From Eledone cirrhosa (lineage: Eukaryota), in the NCBI GenBank assembly GCA_964016885.1, contig OZ024743.1, positions 257,548,001 through 257,612,000 of the forward strand: DNA of 64,000 bases. The letters are read 5' to 3'. Positions 1 through 14,542 of the stretch are shown here, piece after piece. The position numbers were made by a program, and so were the translations under genes. Positions within the stretch are counted from its first letter, which is position 1. Every line of letters begins with the position of its first letter. The notes under the pieces were generated by a model. The model had not been told where the DNA came from. It did not search any database and worked only from the letters and a program-made list of their open reading frames with translations.

Positions 1-877
1 TCACGTAGATTTAAAGAAATGTGTTCAAACCAAGGTGGCCTTGGTTCACGAGGTCAACAAGTTGATGGCATTAAATGATCCAATTTAACACTATTTTAAC
101 CCCGTACCATTTTCAAGATTAAAATTACTATACAAATCTATATTTCCATCAGATATGTGCCAAAATTGTCTTCTTTATGTTTTCAAGTTTACTTGTACTA
201 AAGAATGCTCATATATTTGTTATGACTTAAAAAAAATATAATATGAATAACAAATATAATATATTTCCACATAAATATTATTTAAGATGAAAGAAACATT
301 GTTCAAAGTCACCTTAACTCATGTAGAGAATAAGAAGGTGGTTAACACATTCCATACCAAATCACACGAAATCACCCTGAGCTCTGTGATACATTGGTGT
401 TTCATTTTTAAAGTACTTTATTCATTTCCCTAAAGGTCACCTATATACACAACAATACAATAAAGATATATAGTTAAATAGATATTTGCACATGGTATCC
501 CTGTTATAGATACATAAAAAACATTATCAGATGTATAAACATTGTTTGGAAAGCATATATATTACTTTCGTTTTCATATCAATTTTTTCTTGAAACATTT
601 GTTTGATGTAGATCATTTGAAAGTATTCCATTTGAAGCAGACATTGCTCACACAGATACATTCTTAAATATGTATTTACATAAAGCAAACATAGGTTGTT
701 GTGTTTTACTCTTTGCAAATGACATGAGATTGTGTATATTCCTTTTGACTAAATTCAGCTATCAAAAGTTGTTTTGATGTGCCTTACACCGGCACACGTT
801 TCTTATAAGGTTGCAATCTTAATTGGACGTTTCTGTTTTATATTTGGTTGACAATGTAGGATATTTTCCAATAATGA

Positions 878-1090
878 TTTCTCATTTTAGCACAGAGACC
901 AGCAATTTAGAGGTAAGGAAAAGTCAGTTATATCTACCCAAGTACTTAAACTGGTACTATATTTTATCGACCTTGTGAGGATGAAAGGTAAAATTGAACC
1001 TGATGTGATTGGAACTCAGAACATTTAGAGCCAGAAGAAATACTGCTAAGAATATGACCTATTTTCATCTGACTCTGCCAATCCACTAAT
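878..1090 (-). mobile_element. SINE family A, diverged
   Basis: CTGGTACT..TTTTATCGACC..GGATGAAAGG..GAACTCAGA..CTGCCAATCCA. Confidence 0.75.
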
Positions 1091-1461
1091 AATAAATATA
1101 TGTAATCTTATTCTCCATAGTTTTATTTGTTGATTTTCTAGGTTTCTTTTGTGTTTTTTTTTTTTTACTGTTAGGTCAGTAAGCGAGGAGCAGAGCCCAT
1201 ATACAATTTTCCTTGCCTCTGAGACTGATGAGAGGGGGAAGGTTGAAGAAGGTAACACCAAACCTCAGCAAGTGAGGGGTTGGGCCTATATATCTGTTTT
1301 CCTTGCCTCCTAGACAGATGGAGGAGGAAAGGCTGGTGGAAGGTTTCTTCAAACCAGAAATCTTGTGTAAATACTTGCAATAAAGGGTGGCTCTCTGCTA
1401 AATACACAAAACGACCAAGTGGTGGAGCTAATATAGACACATTAAGGCTACTACCAAACAC

Positions 1462-1952
1462 CATCATCATCACCATTTAACATCTATTTTCCATCCTTAG
1501 ATGTACTGTCATGTGTTGATGACAGACAGGCCAGGTGACTATGTCTTGCTAGTTTTGACTTGGTTTCTAGATGGATGCTCTGCCTTTCTTAATGCCAATC
1601 ACTTTATAGCATGTACTAGGCACATTTTACTATGACTCTGGCACTACCACCTTACAGGGAGAGCTGGGTGCCTTTCATCATGGCACCAGCACTACCACCC
1701 TACAGGGCGGACAAGGTGCTTTTCGTTATGGCACCAGCCCTATCACCATAGAGAGAGGACTGGGTTTGTTTTGTCACAATACCAGCATCACCCCATAATT
1801 GGGTGGCCTGGGTGCTTTTTGTCATAGCACCAGCAGTACCCCCATACAGAGAGAAATGGTAGTGTTTGGTCATGTAACCAGCACTACCATTTTATAGGGA
1901 GAATGGGTGCTATTCATCATGGCATCAGCACTACCAGCTTACAGGGTGGACC
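1462..1952 (-). mobile_element. RTE LINE 3' UTR with ~44-bp tandem repeats
   Basis: (CAT)n tail at 1462 and repeated GGGTGCTTTT..GGCACCAGCACTACCACC units, related to the 16.1-16.7 kb UTR. Confidence 0.65.
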
Positions 1953-4900
1953 ATATAAACTACAATATGACTTAAACTCAAAATACAGAGTCAGAACAAA
2001 AATCACAAGATATTTTCTCTGTTGCTCTATCAATTCTGTTAATCAAACATTCTGGAATGGTACTTTATTTGAATAACCCCCAAAAGGGTGAAACACAGAG
2101 TTAATCATACTTCTAATAATATACACTGCTTATGATTTTCCAACAATTTTGAAAATTATCGAGAATTTGAAGGGAATTAGAAATATAATTACTTTTTTCA
2201 TTATTATTCTGACACCTGGAACATAACTTAACAAATGTTCTTACATAAAATTATAATCAAATGTTTTTAAAGAAATATAAACATATTAAAACAAACAGTT
2301 TTGTGTGGTAGAAACATAGGCAGTTTCAGGTGGTTTGATATCAAAAGCGTCAAATTTCTTGTATCTTCAGTAAATGATATATTTCATTGGTATTTGTAAG
2401 TTAAGAGACCAAATTGAAGAGTACAGCTATTGAGAAATAGTCCTCGTCATCAATATATTAATCAATAAGCAATATCAATAAAATAATCCTGGCACCTTTC
2501 AGTAGTTCCACTCGCTATTTTCAATAGGAATGTGGAAGTGTCTCCAGTTGATGGCTGTTGGCATTACTTCTAATGGCTAAACTATGTAACTTTTCTAACT
2601 GTCAATAGAATTGTCAGGTAGTTATCCCTTTTAACTTTACAGCTACAGGCAACTGTGTGTGCACAGATGTGTCTCTTCCCCAATCTCTCTCACCCTCTCT
2701 CTGTATTTATACATATATATATATATATAAAAGAGGTGTATATATGAAGGATTATATGATATGGTTATGTATAATAAATATATATATATGTATGTATATA
2801 TATATGTGTGCGTGTGTGCTGTATGTAACTCTTCTATCATGCCACAACTGCTTTAGGTGAATCAGTTTTTGCTAAATGAAACAGTCTTCACTTTGAATCC
2901 AACAGGCATGGATATGTAGCGAAACCTGTCCGCACCTTGAACTTTGGGTGATACCAAGAGATCAAATTTTAGGTCACTACATTTATTGTGTTAACAAGTT
3001 GATGCGTTGGCTGTCCCCTCAGGTGGGGAACAGGAAGTGACAGCTATATACAGACCATGTACAATTCCACACAGAGACATTGAAGCGATAGGATATACAA
3101 CTAACTATGTAAGGATTACTGTTATCAACAGACCCCTTTGGTCTACCAACAGACCCCATGAAGTCTACAGATACACACACAGATATTGGAACCTCTATTA
3201 CTACAGACTATGTACAAGCCACAGTGGTCTACAAACTATTACAGACCATTAAGAGGTATACAAATTATTACTCTTTCTCACTCACTATGGTCTCAACTAT
3301 TACCACGAATTCCAACAACAACAACAATTATCTGTAACTCGCTGTTTTAACACCAACAACAACAACAGACTTCAACAGCTTACACATCAACAACAAAGTA
3401 ATATTGTTAATCTTTGCAACTACTGGTAACTTATTTATTGTACCTTTTAATTCACATGAAGTAAACTATATATAACCAAATCATATATTCTTATATCTTT
3501 ATATTCTTCATATCTAAATAACCACATATAATCATCTAACTTTTTAATATTATACCTTTCATTAAAGATGTAGGCATAGCTGATTACTTTAAGAAGTTTG
3601 TTTTACAATTCTGAGATCTTGGATTCTATCCCACTGCATAACATTTTGAGCAATTTGTTTACCACAGCCTTGTGTCAATAGAAGCCTTATTAGTAAAATT
3701 GAGTAGATAGAAAATATCTAAAAGTATGCCAGAAGAATTGTACCTGTGTCAGGAAGAGTGCTCGCGAAGTAAATTAAGAGTACATGTACCTGTGGAATAC
3801 TCTTTCACTTATATGTTATTTAATGTGTAGGCAATTCCATTAACAATTCCATGTTCTCAAACCTTTTACCCCCCCCCCCATGTCCACGTAATACCCCCAA
3901 CGCCCCCCAACCCTATTTCCAGAGAGACCTGCCTACATGCAAATTGTAAATAATATATAATAAATAAAAGTGTTAATTTATGTATAATAAATAATATAAT
4001 ACATACTATGTATAAATAAATATTATATATTTTTTTTATTTTACTATATTTATATATAATATGAATCATTTGATATTTAATATACTATTATATTATCTCT
4101 ACCATCCCCACTACCCCCTGGACCTTCTCAATCCCACTTTGAGAAACTCTGCATTAACCAAACATCTGGACAACTCATCGTCATTACTGACAGATGTCCA
4201 TTTATTTTAAGAGCAAGCATAAGGATTTTCATGCATAATCTATCTGATGCTATATTGATCAAAGTCAAGCTGTTAGAGTATGAAATTATTCTTTTTTACT
4301 ATTTAATCTAAGCAAGAGATCAGTGTCTAATGCAAATACTGATCTTCCTAGATTATTTAGGTGAACATATTTCATACTCAGGTTGAACTGTGAACTGTTG
4401 AAAGGTGACATTTATATATAAGACCTCTACATTATTTTTTCCACTTATCCTATATCATTTCCTGGATTTAGTCCTAAATAATGTTCTCAATCATTCTTTC
4501 CCCAAGAGCCGCAACCTAATGTAACTCTCTATGTACCAGGCAGTAACAACAAAATGTTTTTTTAAGGCCATTCTCCTTGCTAAAACAAGACCTATGGCAA
4601 GCTTGACCCTTTTGCCCCATCTTCCCTAACCCCTCACCAATAATTAGATTTTTCCTCCTCCATCATTTTTAGCCATGTCTTTCTTGGTCTTCTCTTTCAT
4701 CTACTTCCCTCCACATTCATTTCGATCTCTTTTCTCACACAGTCACCGTCATTCTTTCTCCACACAAGACTCAGCTATCAACATGAAATAAAAAATAATT
4801 GCTCTAAGACCCAACACGTTACATGTTGCTGGGAATCAAACACATGATCTTATGTTTATAAGACAAACACCCTAACCACTAAGCCACATTCATTCACATA

Positions 4901-4980
4901 TATATATATAAGTATGACCTAAGGATTCAGGATGTCACCTGACATGGTGTGATGCCTTCTTCGTTCACAAAAGATCGAGA

Positions 4981-5482
4981 AGAGTTGACAATACTTCAGA
5001 TATCTATGAAGTAATAAGTTATCTGCTAATTGTCCAATTACTCAGTTGTTTTTTTCACCATGTAAAATACAACTTTATTATATTCACTATCACACTTTTA
5101 TGTATAAAATAACATTTGAAAGTTAGTAAAATAATTGTTTCTACTTCAGGCACAAGGCCAGCAATAACCCAGTGCATTACTGGTACTTTATTTTATCGAC
5201 CCCGTAAGGATGAAAGGCAAAGTCAACCTCGGTGGGTTGACTTTGCCTTTCATCCTTACGGGGTCGATAAAATAAAGTACCAGTAATGCACTGGGTTATT
5301 GCTGGCCTTGTGCCTGAAGTAGAAACAATTATTTTACTAACTTTCAAATGTTATTTTATACATAAAAGTGTGATAGTGAATATAATAAAGTTGTATTTTA
5401 CATGGTGAAAAAAACAACTGAGTAATTGGACAATTAGCAGATAACTTATTACTTCATAGATATCTGAAGTATTGTCAACTCT
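4981..5482. repeat. Apparently perfect fold-back palindrome, 248-bp arms, 6-nt loop
   Basis: 4981-5228 is the reverse complement of 5235-5482. The turn lies inside a SINE. Confidence 0.93.
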
Positions 5483-5689
5483 AATAATGATATTTAAATA
5501 AAACAAAAAAACAGAAAGGAAAAAAATCAAAAAAAGAGACAGGAGAAGATTGAGAGAAAGAATGCAGGAAAGAGGGAGTGTCATTGCAAGATAGAGAGAA
5601 AGAGAGAGAAGATAATGGGAGAAGAAGAGAGGAAGTGCTTTTAACTGCCTGAACATAAAGTTTTTACATGAGGGTTGGTGTATATTTAA

Positions 5690-5890
5690 TTGTAGAGCAT
5701 TGGACACTATGCTGCACGTCATAGAGTTATGGCTCTTTATGTTCTGATTTCAAATCCTGCCAAGGTTAGCTTTTGCTTTTCATCCTTACAGAGTCGATAA
5801 AATAAAGAACCAATAATGAACTGGCGTCAATTTAATTGACTTCTCCTCCCCCCAAATTGCAAGCCTTGTGCCTAAATCAGAAACCATTAT
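5690..5890 (+). mobile_element. SINE family A
   Basis: Core domain and 3' end are recognisable. Confidence 0.8.
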
Positions 5891-5893
5891 TAA

Positions 5894-6101
5894 CTTTTTA
5901 GCATTTACATTATTCTATATATACTATTGTATTTTTGTGGTAAACACTTTATTTTGCATAATATCCAATCTACAAGATTTTGATGTTATTTATTTTGAGA
6001 ACAATACCTTAACATCAGTATGAGCAGCAAGTTACAGCCAGTGTGAACAGAAAGAGGTGAGAGAATTCTGGACGGATACGGCTGGTTTAAGTGCTAAAGG
6101 G
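5894..6101 (+). mobile_element. piggyBac-type MITE, same family as 30479-30699
   Basis: Internal sequence is homologous; flanked by TTAA; ends GCTAAAGGG. Confidence 0.75.
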
Positions 6102-6293
6102 TTAAGGTATTGGTTTAGCAGAATCATGAATGAGTCAAACAGCATTTAGTTTTAGTTACAACATTCTTAGGTCAACTTTGCCTTTCATCCTTTTGGGGGT
6201 CGATAAAATAAAGTAACAAAGTACTGGTGTCCAAATAATTGATTTTCTCTCCTTCTCCAGGCCAGATTGCTGACCATGGACCAAAATCAGGAA

Positions 6294-6363
6294 TTCTTCT
6301 TCTTCTTCTTCTTCTTCTTCTTCTTCTTCTTCTTCTTCTTCTTCTTCTTCTTCTTCTTCTTCT
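6294..6363. repeat. (CTT)n microsatellite; another at 13620-13687
   Basis: Direct inspection. Confidence 0.95.
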
Positions 6364-6367
6364 TTTG

Positions 6368-6555
6368 GGTGGTGGATTGGCAGCAATAGTAGAGTGGCAG
6401 ACAACATGGCATATAGTTATATGCTTTTATGGTCTGAGTTCAAATCCTGCCAAAGATAGCTTTGCCTTTTGTTCTTTCAGGGTTGATAAAATAAAGTACC
6501 AGTAATGCACTAGGGTCGATTTGATCAACTTTTACATCCTCTAAAATTGCTGCTT
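6368..6555 (+). mobile_element. SINE family A; a further fragment lies at 6160-6270
   Basis: GGTGGATTGGCAGCAATAGTAGAG..GAGTTCAAATCC..core. Confidence 0.8.
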
Positions 6556-6650
6556 ATTTGATCAATGCTTCCTGTAACATTGTTACATGTCTAGTTCTTT
6601 TTCTGACAATTTCAGCAACAAATGAAACAGAAGTATTCCTGTAAAGGTCA

Positions 6651-6783
<133 letters not shown>

Positions 6784-6784
6784 A

Positions 6785-7492
6785 GGTAGGGAAAACTACA
6801 TGTGCAGTAGATGTACAGGGAAATTTGACAGAAGTCACAGTGATAGACACATTTTTCAAATGCAAGTAGGATCTATAGAGGTGGTTGATAGCTTTCAATA
6901 CCTAGGTGATCAGATTAGCAAGGGAGGAGAGTGCTCTGAGGCTATAATATCTAGAATAAGGATGGGTTGGAAGAAATTTAGGTAGCTGCTTCCTCTGTTG
7001 ACAAAGAAGGGTTTCTCCCTACGAATGAAAGGCCAGTTATATGATGCCTGTGTGAGATGTGCGATGCTGCATGGTAGTGAGACACGGGTAACAACTGCGG
7101 AGGATATGCGATGGCAGGAGAGAAATGAAGCAAGCATGCTCCGTTGGATGTGCAATGTCAATGTGCATGAATGACCAAGCATAGACGAGTTGAGAGAGGG
7201 ATAAGTTGTAGTGTGCGGGAGAGAAGACTGCGTTGGTATGGACATGTGATACGCATGGAGGATGACAACTGGGTAAAGAAGTGCAAAGAAATCCGAGTAG
7301 AAGAAAGACGCAGTAGAGGAAGACCACAAAAAACATGGACGGAGGTGGTGAGAGCTGACCTCAGATCGCTGAAGGGCACGGAGGAGATGGCAAAAGACAG
7401 TGACGAATGGAGAGGTGCTGTGCTGAATAGATCCCGCCCCACCCTTGCAAGCAGGGAAAAGCAGATGTAAAATGGTGCTGCTGATGATGATA
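6785..7492 (+). mobile_element. RTE-clade LINE 3' fragment, decayed
   Basis: EVVDSFQYLGD..RIRMGWKKFR..LYDACVRCAMLHGSET..RRLRWYGHVIRM..RGRPQKTW; (ATG)n tail; stops present. Confidence 0.9.
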
Positions 7493-8309
7493 TATATAGG
7501 GATTTACATGATAAATGCACCCAGTACATGCTATAAAGGTGTTAGTGATAAGAAGGGCATCCTTCCATAGAAAGCTTGCCAAACAAAGGACTAGGAGGAC
7601 CCTTCAGTTGTGACAAAGACATGACAATCTCTCTTATGATTGGGTCATGATAAAATGTACCCGTTAGAACATGGCATTCTATGTAAGTGAGCTGCAGATC
7701 CCTGAGCGGCCTGTGAGGTTAGTAGAAATGCATTAGTACTTGCTCAGTATGTGTAAACCTGCCCAACCCTTGATAGCAAGGAAAATGGATATTAAATGAT
7801 GATGATGAAATATGTGTGTATATATATAATGTGTGTATATATATATATAAATACAGGCACACACACACATATTTTATACAGAGAAAATGTAGAGAGGAGT
7901 CATCACTCTTTTTAAGGATATGACAATAGAAAGGGTATCCAGTAATAGAAACCATACCAAAATAGAACACATTGGTGGGATGCAGTCTATCAACCTCTCT
8001 GGGAGGATAGCACATTCAATTAAGTGCCGACTTGTTATCTAACAGCCCCTCCAACACATTCCAGTATAAGAATGCGGATGTAAAATGATGATGATGATGA
8101 TAATAACTGAGACCAGAATTCAAATTTTGGAATTCTCAGACTAAGGCATTAGATTGATGTGTGTTCCTCAGCATAGTTCAAAAGAAGATATTGCACTGAG
8201 ACATTTAATAGTTTGAAAATGTAATACATTGTTCAATGAAGCAGTGCAAGTTTGTTTGAAATGAAATGGTTATATCAATTTTCATTGTCAGCAGAACAAG
8301 ATTATTCTC

Positions 8310-8530
8310 AGTGTATATAAACTCGGTTTCAATGGAACAGCAGCAACCCACAAGATACAAGTGATTAGCATTTTCGTGAGACTAAAGTGATTGGATTCTT
8401 TGGTCATTAATGACTTAAGTTTTTATCTGGTGATGAAACATTTAATGATACACCCTATGGATGTTGGTCAGCCATCATCACTGATGATAATGAACTTAAG
8501 GCTGGCATTGAAACAAATCAAAATGCATTG
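8310..8530 (+). mobile_element. Highly decayed mariner N-terminal (HTH) relic
   Basis: YKLGFNGTAATHKI..FLSGDETFND..GQPS..DNELKAGIE, frameshifted. Confidence 0.5.
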
Positions 8531-9999
8531 AAGCCAAATGTGCCAATAGCTCTCACTCTGTCATTCTGTCAAACACATACTCTATCTCCCTCTTCTTTCT
8601 CTCTCTCTCTGAAAGATTTAATGTGAGCAATTAAAGCATCCATCTGTATTGTGTCAAATAGGAAAGGTGTACAGTGCAACAAGTAAATGGATAGAGAATG
8701 AGCTCTTGTAAGAACCGACAGTCTCCATAGGCTATAAAGCTGCTTGTCACAGCTTTCACATAAAAAATAATGAAACATTGTTGATGTGATGTTAATGAGT
8801 GATGAAACATGGTTGCCTTACAGCAGCAACTTCTAATGATCACACGATTTGTTAGATTATTATTGTCAACAGATATTACTACACTGCAATAACAAAAGTG
8901 TCTAATAGAACATATAGATAGCATAGTGAAGTATAAATATGGTTATATGGTCATATATTTCAATTTATCTAAATACAGGTAGATTTTTTTCTCATACTTC
9001 TAATGACAGGTAGATTTTTTTTCTCATACTTCTAATGAAATATACTGCCTATGATCCAAATATTTTTGAAAATATGCAACAATTTGAGGATATTTATTAA
9101 GCTGGTGTTAGAAATATTATTAAGCTGGTGTTAGAAACATTATTAAGATGGTGTTTGGAACATAACTTCACAAGAGATTTTGCATAAACTATACCAGAAA
9201 CATTTTAAATAGATATATTCAAAACAAAATTGAAAGACCAGGAGAAATTTCAAGCAATTTGGTAGTATATAGTTAAAATGTAAACTAACAGTAATTAAAA
9301 TAATTAGAGTTAGCTTTTTGAGTAAGAATAATATAAATATTTTGTTAAAATTTTAATTATCTATTGAGTTTTTATATATATACTGGTTGGTTTCAGTAAC
9401 CTCTTAAGTTATGAATACACCAGATCTAAGGGACTAAAGCTAATCTAAAACATATCCTTGGTTAGTACAACATAAATATACCTACTGTCTATGAACCAGC
9501 CAAAATACCACACCTTCACCATCTCCACGAAGCAATGCTCCCCCACCATCTGTTCATTATAATTCTTCCCCTTACCTATCACACATACCCAAACATTCCT
9601 TCTAGCAAAACCACCAATCAAAATGAACTAAAAGTGACCACCAATCAAAACGAACTAAAAGTGACCAACATAAATAAATGTGAATCGTTATATACTGTTT
9701 CAAAGCACTAAGAAGTTCATTCTGTCATTACCATAACAGAAGTCCGATGAGCTTTTGATTCCAGAGTCGGGCCAGATTGAATACATATATCTATATAAAA
9801 GTAAAGAGAAGAAGATGAAGAAGCACATGAAGTCTCTAAAATTTATTTACAATAACTTAACTGGTTTAACAATTTCATGATTTTAAAAATTTAAGTGAGA
9901 TGGAGGTATGCAGAGCGATCCTGTGACTGTTTTGTCTGCACTCAAGTGGAATAAAAAAAAAACTTTTTCTTATATATATATATATGTTATATATATTTA

Positions 10000-10031
<32 letters not shown>

Positions 10032-10360
10032 CGGAAAAAATGAAACGAAATTTCATTTCTCACTCTTAGTACGGCTGTTACTTAAATATAAGTATGGATA
10101 CGTACATACATATATGTATACAGACGTACAGTAGTATGTTTATATATATACATACATGCACACATATATATATGTACGTATGGATTCACTGAACATTTAT
10201 TATAATACTCGGTGTGTTTGTAAACAAACATCCCGAATTAAGCCGTACAGTGTCTAGCGACCATCGTTGCACATTTGTTCAACACTGACAAAGGAACGCT
10301 GTACTAGTTTCAAGCTTATTAGCTATCGTCAGCAACGTATACCTTTATATATATATATAT

Positions 10361-10711
10361 ATGAGAAATGAAGCAAGCATGCTCCGTTGGATGTGCAATG
10401 TCAATGTGCGTGAATGACCAAGCATAGATGAGTTGAGAGAGAGACTGTGTGTAAGAGGAATAAGTTGTAGTGTGCAGGAGAGAAGACTGCGATGGTATGG
10501 ACATGTGATGCCAAGAAATCCCAGTAGAAGAAAGACGCAGTAGAGGAAGACCACGAAAAACAAGGGTGGAGGTGGTGAGAGCAGACCTCAGATTGCTGAA
10601 GCTCATGGAGGAGATGACGAAGGACCGTGACAAGTGAAGAGATGCTGTGCTGAATAGGACCCGTTCCACCCTTGCAAGCAGAGAAAAGCAGACGTAAAAT
10701 GATGATGATGA

Positions 10712-10715
<4 letters not shown>
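10361..10715 (+). mobile_element. RTE LINE 3' fragment, same family as 6785-7492
   Basis: High similarity to 7120-7490; (ATG)n tail; flanked by (TA)n. Confidence 0.88.
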
Positions 10716-10750
<35 letters not shown>

Positions 10751-10924
10751 TGAGTGGTCTTGATAAACGTTAACGAGTGAGAAACAGACTGTTGATCACT
10801 CTTCTTTGCTTCTGCCGAGACAAAGTAAGTGACATAGTCACTACTTTAAAACTCATAGCGAATGGTCTTCAAAATGTTTTTAATTAAACATACGGTATTA
10901 TGCCAAATATACTATACATACATT

Positions 10925-10957
<33 letters not shown>

Positions 10958-11623
10958 AATGAGATGACAAATCAATATTTACTTAAGGGCTCCTCTTAGG
11001 GAATCAATTTCTATTCCTGCCTCCCCTACATTATTTCAGGTTTAGGCAATGGCTAGTATCAAAATCACAGGATTTAAGAGTCCCCCACTTTATACAAAAA
11101 TATATATTTGTATGTATGAGTGTGATATATTTCTGGGTGCATCTGTCTCGAAGAGAAGATAAAAGAAAGAAAGGCAGATAGATCTAAAAACGAAGTTTTT
11201 AAAATAGAAAATAGCTATCATTAACTTGCAGAGTGGTATTCCAATTATTTGGACTGAAATGTTTCCATAGGTACTTAACAAACAGGAATAAACAAATAAA
11301 TATATAAACAAAAACAAATGATACACATAAAACAAAACAAATATCATTTTAATGCGTACAACAGGCAGATGAAAAATGGGTGTGAAAGAGTAGAATTACT
11401 GGTATTATAACTTCATTAATTGAAGTTGTTAAAATAGGTTTCTCTGTAATTCCATGTGACAGCAGAAACATAGCATTTGCAATTTTTTTAAATCAATAAT
11501 TTAATTTAATTTGAGCTTCTCATGATAGCGATAAAGTTTGAAAAGTACCTCACTAAGTTCTATTGTTTTGTCACATTTTGCACCTGACATTTCACAACTT
11601 TCCAGGTTTCTCTCTCTCTATAA

Positions 11624-11655
<32 letters not shown>

Positions 11656-12756
11656 ACACACACACACACGCACATATATATATATGTGTGAAACTAAAAA
11701 CCATATCATTTGTACTGCCTCTCTGTTTTTTGTTCTCTGTTCATTTATTCAACTATATATATAGATATAAAACTTATTTTAAACTTATTTCAACTTATTT
11801 ACATTTTCTTAAATGAAAATCCCATTGCTGAATTCTACTGTATAGTGAATAGTTGACTATTATAGGCTTTCTGATGAAGTGTGATAAATAATAAGTATTG
11901 CATATGATTGAACGATATATGTTGTAGTCAGTATATATAGACAATTATAATAGACAAAGAAACATATGTTAAAGCAAATAAATTGCTAATCTCCTTCATG
12001 CTGACGTTTTATTCTTCTTGGTACAATACTTGCTGGTATATATATATGTATATATATTTATAAATATGTATGTATGTGTATAGAGATGTATAAATAAATA
12101 ATAATATCCTATCCTTGACATTCTTAAATTTTGAATTTGAAATGCTTTGCTACCTAAACTGCCCTTAATTCATCCAGTTTCTTTTCACTCCTGAAGAACA
12201 CAGCATGGTAAAATGCATTGAGCTTATCTCATCTTACCATTGAAAATAGGGAAGTATTACACTATAATCTGATATATTGTTATATGTATGTATGCATATA
12301 TATATGTGTGTGTGGTGTATGTATGTATGTATTTGTGAGTGAATAATAATAATCAGTTTGTTTGCAAGCAAACAGCCTTATAAACATCATGTGTTACATG
12401 ACTAATGTCATTCTTTTGCTCCAGCAGTAGGTGAGAGAAAACAATCAACAATTTGTCTCAGAGTTTTTGCTCTGTATCGAGATTGTATTTTCTCATCACT
12501 GCTACCCATTGGAATGCTCAGAATACATTGATTTTTTAAATTTTCGGCAAAGCCGGCCATAAAATCATTTGGTATGCAAATGAGGCTAATCATTCGATAT
12601 ATACATTGGAGAATACTATGTATGTTTTGCCCTGTATTTCCCTTGCTACTTTTATAATTAATAAAAGCAAAATTATTATTATGATCCTTCTCTTTGTCAT
12701 CATCATTATTCTTATTAGCATCTATCAGTTGTGTTTTAATGATAGAATGTTAAAGT

Positions 12757-12996
12757 TTAACTCTTTTGACAAAAACTGCTTCTGGTGCTATGAAACAAAA
12801 CCATCTATTTAACGGGTTCCTATTTCAATTAAAATCTTCCAATGTAATTTGATATTAAGAATCTTTTGTTAAGTAATGTTGTAAATATCATCATAATAAT
12901 GAAATAATTGATATTTTTAGTAAGTCCCTCTAAGTTTTTCATTAATTAATTGACATAGAGTGTATTTCATTAGAAATATGGTCATGGAAGGGTTAA
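12757..12996. mobile_element. Probable second piggyBac-type MITE family
   Basis: TTAACTCTTTTGAC..GGAAGGGTTAA degenerate termini. Confidence 0.42.
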
Positions 12997-13289
12997 GGTG
13001 CTATATTCACTGATCAAATAGCTACAGCATTTCTTGACAGGCTTCTAATGAAGGCATATTATTGGCTTAGTCTGTCAGTCACCCTGATAACACATTCCTA
13101 CTGAAGCCAGCCACACCCTTACACCATTTGTTATAAAGAGGGCAGAGTTCAGAATGACATGTGGCTGTAAAACAGAAATAAATATCACCAATGCTGATAT
13201 GCAGCCATCACTGTCATCTTTAAACCATGTATCTATGATATCTCTTTTATCGGAAAAAGATTTTTTAATCTTTTATTGCTGACGTACTG

Positions 13290-13494
13290 CCTTTAGCATT
13301 TAAACTGGCCGTACCTGGCCAGAATTTTCTCTCCTCTTTCTGTTCAAAATGGCTGTAACTGGTTGCTCAACTGTTCTCAAAATAAATAACATCAAAATCT
13401 CATAGATTTGATATTATGTGAGATAATTGTGTAAGGTAGAGTCTTTACCATGGAAATACAATAGTATACATAGAGTAGTGTAAATGTTAAAGGG
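13290..13494 (-). mobile_element. piggyBac-type MITE, same family, reverse orientation
   Basis: CCTTTAGCATTTAAACTGGCC..AATGTTAAAGGG. Confidence 0.68.
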
Positions 13495-13734
13495 ATTTAG
13501 CCAATCATTTTGACCCTCAGAAGTTTTTTCTTATTTTGGTACTTGTTGATTTGATCACTTTTTGTTAAACTGATAAGTTGAATGCAATCAGAGACATGGG
13601 TTATGTGGTTATATATTAGCTTCTTCTTCTTCTTCTTCTTCTTCTTCTTCTTCTTCTTCTTCTTCTTCTTCTTCTTCTTCTTCTTCTATATAATATAATA
13701 TAAAAATAAAGTATAATGCTTGATTCACAAACCT

Positions 13735-13912
13735 GGCAGTATCGGTAGAGGGTTGGACGCCATGCTTTCTAGCATAGTTACGTCCCTTTACAGTCTGAGT
13801 TCAAATCCCGCCGAGGTTAACTTTGCCTTTCATCCTTACGGGGTCGATAAAATAAAGTACCAGTAATGTACTGGGTAATTGCTGGCCTTGTGCCTAAAGT
13901 AGAAACAATTAT
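13735..13912 (+). mobile_element. SINE family A
   Basis: Near-identical to 40321-40505. Confidence 0.9.
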
Positions 13913-14253
13913 TTTTTAAAACAATTATTTTTTAAGTAAAGAAACAATCATGACATTTTCTCATCATTATTTCACTGATTCTAATTATTGAATGGTTTAA
14001 AATAGAAAGGAAAAAACATAATGTAACATATTGATTTAAAAAAATAGATATTCTCTCTCTCTCTCTCTCTCCCTCTCTCTCTCTCTTTATATAAATTCAT
14101 ATGTATAGACACAAACAGATATAAATTCACAAATATATGTATATATATAAAAATACATGTAGATTTGTGTATAAGTATAATGCAAGTGATTCAGTGAATT
14201 ACAGAATTACAGGTCAATACATAATAAAAACATAAATGCATGTAAACGTTTTT

Positions 14254-14287
<34 letters not shown>

Positions 14288-14393
14288 GCGATGAAATACC
14301 AATGATGGTTGGAAAATCACTGACGAAGCACTATTTTTATCATATGTAACCATGTGCAAACCACGCAGTATTCTTCTTTCTTCTTATGTTTTT

Positions 14394-14424
<31 letters not shown>

Positions 14425-14481
14425 ATATATTTATTTATTTATTTATATATCATTGCTTAACATCTGTCTCCTCTGCAAGCA

Positions 14482-14542
<61 letters not shown>

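Noticed and set aside
1175-1251. Possible plus-strand exon after a poly-T acceptor
   Set aside because: 77 nt with no recognisable protein similarity, and it overlaps a locally repeated unit.
12186-12256. Hammerhead-like CTGAAGA..ATGGTAA/TTACCAT..GAAA
   Set aside because: The stem is not adjacent to the core and there is no valid UH plus stem I.
12408-12593. 61-aa minus-strand ORF in unique sequence
   Set aside because: No recognisable motif or splice structure.
14318-14375. Hammerhead-like CTGACGA-A-GCAC..GTGC-AAAC
   Set aside because: G12 is missing and stems I and III are not convincing; at most a dead relic.
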